NCBI GenBank assembly: GCA_021650915.1
Contig: CP091279.1
Span: 2,220,001-2,252,000 of the forward strand
Source of the DNA: Candidatus Brocadia sp.
Lineage (GTDB): Bacteria; Planctomycetota; Brocadiia; Brocadiales; Brocadiaceae
DNA: 32,000 bases
Reading direction: 5' to 3'
Part shown: piece by piece, positions 1 to 8,676 of the stretch
Numbering within the stretch: the stretch's first letter is position 1
Layout of the letters: every line of letters starts with the position of its first letter
Notes under the pieces: generated by a model
Databases searched by the model: none
Told to the model about the DNA's origin: nothing
The model's input: the letters and a program-made list of their open reading frames with translations, nothing else
Program-made: the position numbers and the translations under genes

Positions 1-2
1 CA

Positions 3-170
3 GCAGAAGTAACCGGCTTAAGATACATCATGGACGCTGACAGTGAATTGGCAGAACAGATACTGGCGGGAAAAGAAAAAGCTAACGCTAAAGTGGCAGT
101 AAAGACAAAGCCCAGGGCAACCCCAAAACCTGCGGCAAAGGCAAAAGGCAAGATAAAGAAGAAGAAATAG
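3..170 (+). CDS. 3' end of an upstream gene (partial); basic Lys/Ala/Pro-rich C-terminal tail, product unknown
   Basis: Frame 3 is open from the window edge to TAG at 168-170 (...AEQILAGKEKANAKVAVKTKPRATPKPAAKAKGKIKKKK*). A strong intrinsic terminator follows 60 nt later. Confidence 0.4.
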   Translation, partial: AEVTGLRYIMDADSELAEQILAGKEKANAKVAVKTKPRATPKPAAKAKGKIKKKK

Positions 171-229
171 CGACACGTATTCTGATTTCTTTCGTCAAAC
201 GACGGCTAGTAAAAAGGGAATACCATGAC

Positions 230-274
230 AGGGTTTTCTCCTATCCGGAAGATAGAAGAAAACCCTTTTTGTTT
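230..274 (+). terminator. Rho-independent terminator for the upstream partial gene
   Basis: AGGGTTTTCTcCTATC (230-245) pairs with GATAGaAGAAAACCCT (251-266) with one mismatch and a 5-nt loop CGGAA. The stem runs into TTTTTGTTT (266-274). Confidence 0.65.
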
Positions 275-298
275 ATTCGCACAGGGAGCGCTATTATT

Positions 299-1567
299 AT
301 GAAGAATGGATGTCTGTCAGGTCTCTTTTCGTTTGTATTCCTGATAACCCAATCTTTTTGTCTTGGGCAGGACAGAGAATCCCATGGCAGATTTCTGGTA
401 AGGGAATATCTGAAAAGCGATACCGAGGCTGAAAGAGAGACCATACTGAAGAAACTGAATGCATTACCAGCTACTTTTGATGAAGTTAAAGAATGGCTGA
501 AACTTTCTGACGAATATCCGCCCCAACAGCCAGGTTTACACCGGGAATTTGCCCCAGTTGGCGAAAGAAAGGGTGAATATTTTATCTCTGTCCCGTCTTC
601 TTATACACCGGATCGGTCATGGCCTATGATAATAGCATTGCATGGAGTTGGTGGCAATGGTTATGAAATGGCAATGAAATGGTTAAAGTCAACGACACAT
701 TATAATGAATTTATTATTGCAGCGCCTACCTACGGATCAGGATTATGGTGGAAAGAAGAGCCGGAAAAACTGGTACTTTCCGTACTGGACAAGGTAAAAC
801 GGAGTTACCGTATCGATACCAACAGGATTTACCTCACGGGGTTTTCAAGCGGTGGGCACGGGGTGTGGTATTTCGGAATCCGTTATCCCTGGCTTTTTGC
901 TGCGATAAACCCCATTGCCGGTGAGTGTCCGCTCCCCTCTTTCCTGGTAAACCTGAAAAATGTACCTGTCTTTATCGTTCATGGTCTAAAAGATACCGTT
1001 ATTCCGGTTGAGGCGGGAAGGGATGCGGGTTCCAGGCTGGAAAGACTTCATTATAATGTTCTCTGTCAGGAATTGCCGGAGCTCAAACATCAGTTTCCTG
1101 CAGAGGCGGCCGGAAAGGTGCTTGAATGGTTTCGCATGAATAAGAGGATGCCTTATCCGAAAGAAATACGATTTTCCACCGAATCATTGAAATATTCGTT
1201 TGCGTACTGGATTGAAATAACGGAATTCTCCGAGCTCATAGGACAAGTTCTGGGAGTTTACAAAGATATTTCTGGCAAACTGATAAGACCTGAAGGGGCA
1301 TCGGAGACGGCAAAAATTGAAGGGGTTGTGCAAAAAAAGGATAACGAGATTTTCTTAACTACCCACGGAATAAAGGCGCTGCGTCTTTACCTGGAAGACG
1401 GTTTCGTGGATATGGAAAGCCCCCTTCGCGTATATATCAATGGCAAATTAGTATCGTTTGAAAAGGTGGAAAAGGATATACGAGGCATGCTTGATGCTGC
1501 AAGAAAGAGGAACGACCGCGAGGCCTTGTGTTCCGCTTATGTGGATATAAAAATTCCCCTGGATTAG
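299..1567 (+). CDS. Secreted alpha/beta hydrolase (carboxylesterase / S9-like peptidase fold) with an extra C-terminal domain of about 150 aa
   Basis: The ORF 269-1567 is trimmed to ATG 299 because 269 lies inside the terminator. It has an N-terminal hydrophobic signal (MKNGCLSGLFSFVFLITQSFC), the nucleophile elbow GFSSGG, and HGVGGNG and VHGLKDTVIP motifs typical of esterase/dienelactone-hydrolase-like enzymes. Confidence 0.75.
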   Translation: MKNGCLSGLFSFVFLITQSFCLGQDRESHGRFLVREYLKSDTEAERETILKKLNALPATFDEVKEWLKLSDEYPPQQPGLHREFAPVGERKGEYFISVPSSYTPDRSWPMIIALHGVGGNGYEMAMKWLKSTTHYNEFIIAAPTYGSGLWWKEEPEKLVLSVLDKVKRSYRIDTNRIYLTGFSSGGHGVWYFGIRYPWLFAAINPIAGECPLPSFLVNLKNVPVFIVHGLKDTVIPVEAGRDAGSRLERLHYNVLCQELPELKHQFPAEAAGKVLEWFRMNKRMPYPKEIRFSTESLKYSFAYWIEITEFSELIGQVLGVYKDISGKLIRPEGASETAKIEGVVQKKDNEIFLTTHGIKALRLYLEDGFVDMESPLRVYINGKLVSFEKVEKDIRGMLDAARKRNDREALCSAYVDIKIPLD

Positions 1568-1705
1568 CACCATTTAAACCGGGGATATCAGTCACTACCT
1601 GGCGTATTTCCGCTATAAGCGGGTAAAAACAGGCATTCCGTCACGGAATAACCTTGGTAATACCGGTTCAAATGCATTCCGTTCTGATCCGCGGCCTTTA
1701 ATTCA

Positions 1706-1734
1706 TTGACACATTTTTCAAAAATCGTTATAGT
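1706..1734 (+). promoter_or_regulatory. Sigma70-like promoter candidate upstream of the csaA-recN-rluB cluster
   Basis: TTGACA (1706-1711), an exact 17-bp spacer, then TATAGT (1729-1734). It lies about 120 nt upstream of ATG 1855. Confidence 0.4.
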
Positions 1735-1854
1735 TATAAAAAAATAAATAAGCCTTGTCTTCGTCTCTTATTAACTGCCACATTCGTTTTTGCCGACTAC
1801 CAAGTTTATCGCACGTTTTAAAGAGGCTTATTCATTTTTTACGAAAGGTTTACC

Positions 1855-2181
1855 ATGATCTCGATAGAGGATTTTTTAAAGATAGACCTGCGGGTAGCTG
1901 AAGTAAGGCACGCAGAGCCTCACCCAAACGCGGACAAACTCCTGATACTGAAGATTGATGCGGGTGACGGAATGGAAGGCAGGCAGATCGTTGCCGGAAT
2001 AAGAGGCGCTTACCAGCCGGAAGACCTGATTGGAAAGAAAATCGTTATTGTAAACAATCTGACGCCTGCAACCCTGCGGGGCGTGGAAAGTCAGGGGATG
2101 TTGCTGGCGGCAAAGGACGGGAACCAGGTGGTAATCCTTACCACGGAAAAGGATATAAAGCCAGGCTCAAAAATACAATAA
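1855..2181 (+). CDS. csaA: tRNA-binding domain protein (CsaA / EMAP-II-like OB fold)
   Basis: The 108-aa product (DFLKIDLRVAEV...HPNADKLLILKIDAG...RQIVAGI...VIVNNLTPATLRGVESQGMLLAA) matches the CsaA / MetRS C-terminal tRNA-binding domain pattern. Confidence 0.8.
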   Translation: MISIEDFLKIDLRVAEVRHAEPHPNADKLLILKIDAGDGMEGRQIVAGIRGAYQPEDLIGKKIVIVNNLTPATLRGVESQGMLLAAKDGNQVVILTTEKDIKPGSKIQ

Positions 2182-2231
2182 AAAACTGAGTTATTATATT
2201 GTTCGGTTGCAGAAAATGGCAAAAAATCCCC

Positions 2232-3947
2232 ATGCTGCAAGAGTTATACATAGCGAATTTTGTACTAATTGATAAAGTTACCATCACCCTTTGCGAACAA
2301 CTGAATGTATTCAGCGGGGCAACGGGTGTCGGAAAATCAATGGTGATCGGGGCGCTCAACTTTATTCTTGGCGGGCGAGCAACCGCAGATCTTGTGCGAA
2401 GTGGCAAAGAGGAGGCAACCGTCATAGGGAAATTTTTCATTACCGATAAAAGTCTCCTGCAGCGGATTAAAAAGGCATCAGATAACAACTCCCTGGAAGA
2501 AGAACTCTTACTCCAAAGGAGTATCGATACAAACGGACGGAGCAGATGCCGCCTCAACGACGTTCCTATCACGGTAACCATGTTGAAAGAGATTGGAGAG
2601 ATATTGGTCAACATCCATGGCCAGCACGAACATGAAACCTTGCTGCATGGCATGAACCAACTATATATCCTGGATGATTTTGGAGGGATTTCTCCGCTGC
2701 GCGAACACTTTGCAGACGTCTATCAGCAGTTCACGGAAAAGACCACCCTGCGGGATACCTTAACAAGCAACCAACAGGACCGAAGGCAAAAGATCGACCT
2801 GTATGCCTTCCAGATCGATGAGATTGACAAGGCACAACTCAAGGCCGGTGAGGCAGAGGAACTTGAAAGGGAAAGGACGCTCTTAGGTAACGCCGAAAAA
2901 ATTTACAGTACGGTCTCCTCATGCTATTCCCAGCTTTATGAGTCTTCCGATGCTATTCTGGAAAGGTTGAAATCTCTGAGGCGTGAATTGCAATCGGTTG
3001 CAAAACTTGACGACGCCCTGCAAAAGATATTCGATGACTCCGCTCAATCGGAGTATCAGATGGAAGACACCGCTTTTTCTTTAGGGAAATACCGGGACGG
3101 CTTTAACTATGACCCGCAACGGCTGGAATATATTGAAGGACGTTTAGGCACCATCAAAAAGTTAAAATCCAAGTACGGGAATACGGTTGAAGAAATCCTG
3201 TCGTACCGTGATGAGGTATCGGGAAAACTGAAAAGTCTTTCTGAGGAAGGAACTACTGCCGGGCATCTGGATGATGAGATACAAAAACTAACGACCGCTT
3301 TGAGACAGAAAGGCAGTGAATTAACCAAAAAACGCCTCTCCACGGCAGAACAATTGACGCCTCTTATTAATAAAGAGCTTCACGACCTTGGTATCCCTCA
3401 CGGCCGGTTTTCTGTTCAGATCACCTCGCCTTTTTTACATAATCATGGCGATCCGCAGATTTCCGATGCAAAGAGACATGGTTTCGACCAGGTGGATTTT
3501 CTTATCTCACCCAATCCCGGCGAAGATTTAAAGCTGCTAAAAAAGATTGCCTCGGGCGGTGAAATCTCACGAGTCATGCTGGCACTAAAGCACCAACTGG
3601 CCAAGGCAGACAAGACGCCAGTCCTGGTTTTTGACGAGATTGACGCAAATATTGGAGGCAGAATGGGAGAGGTAATTGGGGAAAAGCTGAGCAGTATTGC
3701 AAGATCGCACCAGGTGATCTGCATTACCCATCTTCCTCAGATTGCCAGCTATGCAGACGGACAATGGAAGGTTCATAAAGTGGTAAAAAATGGCAAGACC
3801 TATTCAACCATAGAGAACCTATCGGGCGAATCCCGGCTTGAAGAAATTGCCGACATGATCCGCGGAAGTGAAAAAACGGACATTACCCGAAAACAGGCGC
3901 AGGAAATGTTGCGTGATGCAAAGAGAAAGGTGAAAAGCAAGGGATAA
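2232..3947 (+). CDS. recN: DNA repair protein RecN
   Basis: The start is taken at ATG 2232 (MLQELYIANFVLIDK...). It has a Walker A motif GATGVGKS, long coiled-coil middle segments and a C-terminal SGGE signature followed by a VLVFDEIDANIGG Walker B motif. Confidence 0.9.
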   Translation: MLQELYIANFVLIDKVTITLCEQLNVFSGATGVGKSMVIGALNFILGGRATADLVRSGKEEATVIGKFFITDKSLLQRIKKASDNNSLEEELLLQRSIDTNGRSRCRLNDVPITVTMLKEIGEILVNIHGQHEHETLLHGMNQLYILDDFGGISPLREHFADVYQQFTEKTTLRDTLTSNQQDRRQKIDLYAFQIDEIDKAQLKAGEAEELERERTLLGNAEKIYSTVSSCYSQLYESSDAILERLKSLRRELQSVAKLDDALQKIFDDSAQSEYQMEDTAFSLGKYRDGFNYDPQRLEYIEGRLGTIKKLKSKYGNTVEEILSYRDEVSGKLKSLSEEGTTAGHLDDEIQKLTTALRQKGSELTKKRLSTAEQLTPLINKELHDLGIPHGRFSVQITSPFLHNHGDPQISDAKRHGFDQVDFLISPNPGEDLKLLKKIASGGEISRVMLALKHQLAKADKTPVLVFDEIDANIGGRMGEVIGEKLSSIARSHQVICITHLPQIASYADGQWKVHKVVKNGKTYSTIENLSGESRLEEIADMIRGSEKTDITRKQAQEMLRDAKRKVKSKG

Positions 3948-4717
3948 TGGCAGAACGTCTGCAAAAAATACTGGCAGAGGCGGGATTAGGCTCTCGCCGT
4001 GAATGTGAAAGGATTATCGTGGCGGGGAAAGTGACCGTTGATGGAGAACGCGTCACAACCTTAGGCACAACGGTCGATGCAGACAAAAGCGAGATACGCT
4101 GCAATGGTACCTTGATCCGAAAGCAGCGAAAGATCTATTTTTTGCTGAATAAACCGAAGGGTTACGTGTGTACAAACCGTGACGAACTGGAACGATTAAA
4201 GGCAATTGATATCATAAAAAACGTGACCCAGAGGATATATACCATTGGCAGACTGGACAAAGAGAGCGAAGGACTGATTGTTGTGACCAATGACGGTGAT
4301 CTTGCAAACAAATTGTCTCACCCAAAGTATGAAGTGAGTAAAACCTATTTTGTCGAGGTGGATGGTTACCTGTCGGATGCGGCAATTGAGGCCCTGGAGT
4401 CCGGTATTTGGCTTTCCTTTGGCAAGACACAACCCGTACGGGTTCGTAATGTACGCAGGGGCAGGCAAAGAAGCAGGTTTGAGATGGTATTGAAGGAAGG
4501 TAAAAACCGGGAGATACGCCGTATGCTCGTTGATTGTAATTACAAGGTGCGCATCCTGCGTCGGATAAAAATTGGCAATTTATATGATCCGAGCTTAAAA
4601 ATCGGTAAATATCGCAAGGTAACGGACAACGAACTGGCGCGGCTGCATGCGCTGGCCGAAAGAGGATCCGCGCGCCGGGCAACCATTCAAGAATCTTTGT
4701 CGCACCCAAAAGGATAA
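3947..4717 (+). CDS. rluB: RluB/RsuA-family 23S/16S rRNA pseudouridine synthase
   Basis: The ATG overlaps the recN TAA by 1 nt (TAATG). It has an N-terminal S4 domain (RLQKILAEAGLGSRRECERII..GKV.VDG) and the catalytic motif GRLDKESEGLIVVTNDG. Confidence 0.85.
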   Translation: MAERLQKILAEAGLGSRRECERIIVAGKVTVDGERVTTLGTTVDADKSEIRCNGTLIRKQRKIYFLLNKPKGYVCTNRDELERLKAIDIIKNVTQRIYTIGRLDKESEGLIVVTNDGDLANKLSHPKYEVSKTYFVEVDGYLSDAAIEALESGIWLSFGKTQPVRVRNVRRGRQRSRFEMVLKEGKNREIRRMLVDCNYKVRILRRIKIGNLYDPSLKIGKYRKVTDNELARLHALAERGSARRATIQESLSHPKG

Positions 4718-4801
4718 AACCATTCTTTTCATCCCCCACCTCCGGGAGAAGAGAAACAATATAAACAACCTTTCTTCCTTTTTTAACAGGAACGGTGAGA
4801 G

Positions 4802-6103
4802 ATGATAAGGGAAATGTCGATGAAAAAGATGACGCAGCTACAACTGGCCAGGCAAAATATCATTACCCGGGAAATGAAGCAGGTTGCAACGGACGAATGC
4901 CTTGAACCCGAATATATCAGGGAACGCATTGCCGAGGGTAAGATTGTCATTCCCGCAAACCATAAGCGCACGGCCACAAGGGTCTGCGGTATTGGCACAG
5001 GGCTTAAAACCAAGGTCAATGCCAATATCGGAACTTCAGCCGATTATGCCGATATTGCAAACGAACTGGAAAAGTTGCAGGCGCTGGAAGAGGCAGGCGC
5101 TGATGCCGTAATGGATCTGAGCACCGGCGGTGATCTTCGTGCAATACGGAAAAAGATTGTCGGTTCAACGTCAATTGCCGTAGGAAGCGTCCCCATCTAT
5201 GAAGCCGCCGTCAAGGCCGTCCAACAGAAACATTCCATTGTTGATATGACGGCAACGGACATGCTTGAAGCAGTACGGTTGCACTGTGAGGACGGCGTTG
5301 ATTTTATTACCGTGCATTGTGGCGCCACAAGGGGGGTGCTCAAACATCTCAAAGAAAACAAACGTATTTGTGGCGTGGTAAGCCGGGGAGGGACGTTCCT
5401 CGTGGAATGGATGATCCACAACGGACGGGAGAATCCCCTGTATGAACACTATGACGAGATACTGGCTATAGCGCAGGAATATGACGTGACCCTGAGCCTG
5501 GGGGACGCCATGCGACCGGGGGCGCTTGCGGATGCATTTGATCGCGCACAGGTGTATGAGTTAAACGTACTCGCTGAACTTGCCCAACGGGCGCTGGATG
5601 CCGGTGTGCAGGTGATGGTGGAGGGACCTGGTCACGTACCTTTAAGTCAGGTAACCGCTCAGGTCCAATTGCAAAAAGAACTCTGCAAAGGGGTGCCCTT
5701 TTATGTGCTCGGTCCCATTGTCACAGACGTTGCACCCGGGTACGACCACATTACCTCCGCCATTGGCGGAGCGATAGCCGCAGCCGCAGGGGCGGACTTC
5801 TTATGCTATGTAACGCCAACGGAGCATCTGAGCCTGCCAGGTCCTGCCGATGTGAGAAGTGGCGTCATGGCAGCACGGATTGCCGCCCATGCCGCCGATA
5901 TTGCCAAAGGTATTAAATCGGCATGGGAGTGGGACAAAAAGATGTCACAATTCAGACGAAAGAGGAACTGGGAAGGGCAGTTTAGCACTTGTATCGACCC
6001 TGCAGTAGCCCGAAGCATCCGCGCAAAGGGAAAACCCCAAAACGAAGAGGTCTGTTCCATGTGCGCCGAATACTGCGTATTCAAGCTCAGCGACAAGGTG
6101 TAA
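4802..6103 (+). CDS. thiC: Phosphomethylpyrimidine synthase ThiC (short, anaerobe-type)
   Basis: Supporting segments are TQLQLARQNIITREM, GIGTGLKTKVNANIGTS, DLSTGG, MVEGPGHVP and the C-terminal CSMCAEYC Fe-S motif. The true start is uncertain among ATGs at 4802, 4814, 4820 and 4829. Confidence 0.9.
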   Translation: MIREMSMKKMTQLQLARQNIITREMKQVATDECLEPEYIRERIAEGKIVIPANHKRTATRVCGIGTGLKTKVNANIGTSADYADIANELEKLQALEEAGADAVMDLSTGGDLRAIRKKIVGSTSIAVGSVPIYEAAVKAVQQKHSIVDMTATDMLEAVRLHCEDGVDFITVHCGATRGVLKHLKENKRICGVVSRGGTFLVEWMIHNGRENPLYEHYDEILAIAQEYDVTLSLGDAMRPGALADAFDRAQVYELNVLAELAQRALDAGVQVMVEGPGHVPLSQVTAQVQLQKELCKGVPFYVLGPIVTDVAPGYDHITSAIGGAIAAAAGADFLCYVTPTEHLSLPGPADVRSGVMAARIAAHAADIAKGIKSAWEWDKKMSQFRRKRNWEGQFSTCIDPAVARSIRAKGKPQNEEVCSMCAEYCVFKLSDKV

Positions 6104-6188
6104 TAAAAAGACAGATTTTACAAGGCAAGGCGAGGCCAACCCTTAATTCCCTTTTGTGTCATGGGAAAAATATCCCTTTTTCGTCTTT

Positions 6189-7883
6189 CTATTTATATTT
6201 ATTCTTGTAATATTGCCCGAAAGAAGCCCTGTTCATTAAAAACTGATCCACATCTTTTGCTACCTCTATGCCACTGATATACGCCCCGTGAACTGACAAA
6301 GGTTGGTACTGGCTGTCGTATGCCGGCGCCGTAGCTTCGCCCGCCCAAAATACAGGAAGCGTTGCAAGCGGGTTCTTTAAAGTCTCCCTCGCCATGATAA
6401 TTTCTGCAATGCTCCTCCCATAACTTATATAAGAATTGCCACAACGTGTCCACGGATCTTTTCCCCAATCCGTACGGTGTACATTGGGTTCGTTTTCACT
6501 TTTCCACACCAACATTTGTTTCCAGTCCCAGGGATTTCTTTCCGGATGCGGGTTGTATATTTTTTCTATACACCGAAACATTATTTCTGCCGCTTTTTTA
6601 TCATCAACGTCCTTCATGATCAGGTAATCAACGCCCATGAGCAGGGCAGTGATCACATAAGGGCCATTTTCAAGATTGGGAAAGGCGGTAAAAAACGTTC
6701 GTGGCAACCCTTTATCCGCCAGCCCCAAAATTTTTTGCTCCGGCCCTGTTGGATTAACCAGGAGGGCCATGCCATTATCCAGATTGTTTATCCTCTGGTT
6801 GTAGTCCCAAACACAATCCTTGAATTGTATGCTTATTTTTGCAATCGGCCCTGGTTTTATGATTTGAAAGACATCCTGTTTCTCTTTCGGGAAGAATTGC
6901 CCAAAAATTTTAGAACCTTTATGCATAAGTATCCCAACGGAGAAGGTACAAAGTAAAGAATCTGCGGTAAAATCCTCACCGTTTCCTGCTGTTATCCGTA
7001 CACCCGTGTCCCATTTCTCCACCTTGATAACTTCATGTTCGTAAAGTATCTGCCCCTGAATTTTGCCAGGTTCCTTCTTCACAAATTCTTGCAAAATAGC
7101 GTTCGGTAATTCGTCAAAACGACAAATTACCTTATCATTTCCCGTATTCCTGCATATTCGGTATTCTGCCTGTTCGTCAAATATTTGTTCCGGGATTTTA
7201 TCTACTTTTAACCCCGCCACACTGATGTTATCATTTACCGCATCACACCATTGATCGCCGGCATGCTTAGGTGGGCACAGTTTGAACTTTTCTGTGCCGG
7301 TCGCTAGAATTCCTGGTGTATGCGCTGAAATGGCGTAACAGGACATGGGCGCCGCTTTTCCACGATACGCTAACGTTTTAACCAGTTCTCCTGCCGTTTG
7401 ATCCTGTTTGCTGAGATCAAACTTCTTTATTGCGTCGAACAGGCTGTTTTTCTCTTTAAAGCTGAAATTGAACAGTCCTCCTAAGTTACCCAGGTCAGAA
7501 TCATAAACATGCGCAAAACGCGCTGCCGGGGGAAATCCCCAGTTTTCCCGGTCTGGATCCCCCGGATAGGCAACCCGAACCTTGGTTCCTTTATTAAGCT
7601 CAATGCGATCGAACCCTTGTTGCCTTATCTCATCCCCATATTTTTTATAAGGGTTGCCATCCTTAACGTGGATAAAATGTGCCCCTTCCTCAATCGGCAA
7701 TCCCTCTCGTACCTCCCTGCCATCATTGGTAAGCACAAAGTCTTCCATCGAACGCATTCGCCCGCCAGCATGTTTCGTCGCCTCAAGTATTAAAACCTTT
7801 TTTCCCGCATTTTTCAGCTCTCTTGCGGCTACAACACCGGCAATACCCGCCCCCAAAACGATACAATCAAAATGCTCTGACAT
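6189..7883 (-). CDS. FAD-dependent amine-oxidase-family flavoprotein (substrate unknown)
   Basis: The start is taken at ATG 7883, preceded by AAGGAGG. It has the dinucleotide-binding motif DCIVLGAGIAGVVAARELKNAGKKVLILEATKHAGGR and the C-terminal WAGEATA flavin amine-oxidase signature. At 564 aa it is longer than typical family members. Confidence 0.75.
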   Translation of the reverse strand: MSEHFDCIVLGAGIAGVVAARELKNAGKKVLILEATKHAGGRMRSMEDFVLTNDGREVREGLPIEEGAHFIHVKDGNPYKKYGDEIRQQGFDRIELNKGTKVRVAYPGDPDRENWGFPPAARFAHVYDSDLGNLGGLFNFSFKEKNSLFDAIKKFDLSKQDQTAGELVKTLAYRGKAAPMSCYAISAHTPGILATGTEKFKLCPPKHAGDQWCDAVNDNISVAGLKVDKIPEQIFDEQAEYRICRNTGNDKVICRFDELPNAILQEFVKKEPGKIQGQILYEHEVIKVEKWDTGVRITAGNGEDFTADSLLCTFSVGILMHKGSKIFGQFFPKEKQDVFQIIKPGPIAKISIQFKDCVWDYNQRINNLDNGMALLVNPTGPEQKILGLADKGLPRTFFTAFPNLENGPYVITALLMGVDYLIMKDVDDKKAAEIMFRCIEKIYNPHPERNPWDWKQMLVWKSENEPNVHRTDWGKDPWTRCGNSYISYGRSIAEIIMARETLKNPLATLPVFWAGEATAPAYDSQYQPLSVHGAYISGIEVAKDVDQFLMNRASFGQYYKNKYK

Positions 7884-8108
7884 TGGTCTGTGCCTCCTTA
7901 TACAAAAAATCCGAATCACCAAATTGGTGTATCAACCCAGACAGGGTTGACGTATCCACATTTTTCCCAAAAACTAAATCCTTTTGTGATAGACTTCCCG
8001 CGTCTCAATTTGAATGGATATGGGTTTGAGTCTGGTCTTGCTCTTCATTCATGTTATCCCTTGCCGTAGTAATTTTTTACAAGCCTTTTCCCTTGCCAAA
8101 CACTAGCC

Positions 8109-8144
8109 GTACTAATAGCCATCTTATTTTACGGCTATTAGTAC
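8109..8144. repeat. Perfect 12-bp inverted repeat hairpin
   Basis: GTACTAATAGCC (8109-8120) and GGCTATTAGTAC (8133-8144) are separated by a 12-nt spacer. Confidence 0.8.
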
Positions 8145-8171
8145 ATAGCGCGGCACAGCCGCAACCAAATT

Positions 8172-8295
8172 TCCTTTATGAAAGCGGGGAGATTGCTTCG
8201 GAAAAGGCCCTCGCAATGACAGCGACCATGCACTTTGATGGCACACGGCACGTTGTCATTGCGAGTGAAGCGAAGCAATCTTTCCCTCATAAAAA
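8172..8295. repeat. Large imperfect palindromic intergenic element containing the widespread GTCATTGCGAGTGAAGCGAAGCAATC-type motif
   Basis: The left arm AGATTGCTTCG...CTCGCAATGACA (8190-8221) is mirrored by TGTCATTGCGAG...CGAAGCAATCT (8254-8281). The outer TTTATGA / TCATAAA also pair. Confidence 0.7.
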
Positions 8296-8676
8296 ACGGC
8301 ACCTCCTGAAAGGGGTTTGTGAAAAAACTTACAGAAAAAAGAAGTTTTTATGGAGTAATACTATAATATGTTTACAGGTAACTTATTATACGGCTATTTG
8401 GGCATAGGAATGATTTGCCGGTAATATACCTTGATTACCAAAATATTGCAATACGTTTTACTTTTTCATCAGGACAACGTCAAATATAAGTAGTGTTTGA
8501 ACGGAAACCCCCCAGAGCCCTGTAAAGTAAGGAGAAGCTGGTGAAAAATGTTCATGAAAGTCATTGAATTTTTTCGGGTAAAAGGGTAAAATATGGCGAA
8601 AATGAAGGGATTCTGGGTATAAAGAGTCCAAATATTCGGTTCATTAACCCACTAGCCAAAGGACATTCGATAGAAG

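Noticed and set aside
269-298. The track start (269) of the hydrolase ORF.
   Set aside because: Codons 269-298 overlap the U-tract of the upstream terminator. The ATG at 299 begins a typical signal peptide.
2138-2653. A 171-aa minus-strand ORF, and similar antisense ORFs at 4212-4739, 30462-31199 and 31234-31827.
   Set aside because: All lie antisense within confidently identified genes (recN, rluB, ftsY), have low-complexity or implausible translations and no start-site signals. They are treated as shadow ORFs.
4718-4801. An expected TPP (THI-box) riboswitch upstream of thiC.
   Set aside because: I looked for the conserved CUGAGA and ACCUGAUCUGGAUAAUGCCAGCG-like cores in the 84-nt upstream region and in the end of rluB, and could not find them. 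I make no riboswitch call. A covariance-model scan (Rfam RF00059) would settle it.
6140-6190. A possible bidirectional terminator between the convergent thiC and amine-oxidase genes (GGGAAAAATATCCCTTTTT).
   Set aside because: The stem is only about 4 bp (GGGA/TCCC), so it is not convincing as an intrinsic terminator.
8051-8407. A 118-aa plus-strand ORF in the gene-free region.
   Set aside because: It reads straight through the palindromic repeats, and the VIASEAKQS-type peptide is the well-known translation artefact of the GTCATTGCGAG..GAAGCGAAGCAATC repeat. It has no RBS and implausible composition.
8100-8410. A possible CRISPR array or tRNA in the repeat-rich non-coding DNA.
   Set aside because: There are only two copies of the direct repeat, they are 259 bp apart, and the spacing is irregular. 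The other repeats are inverted. I found no cloverleaf or T-loop (GGTTCGAAT-like) sequence there or elsewhere in the window.
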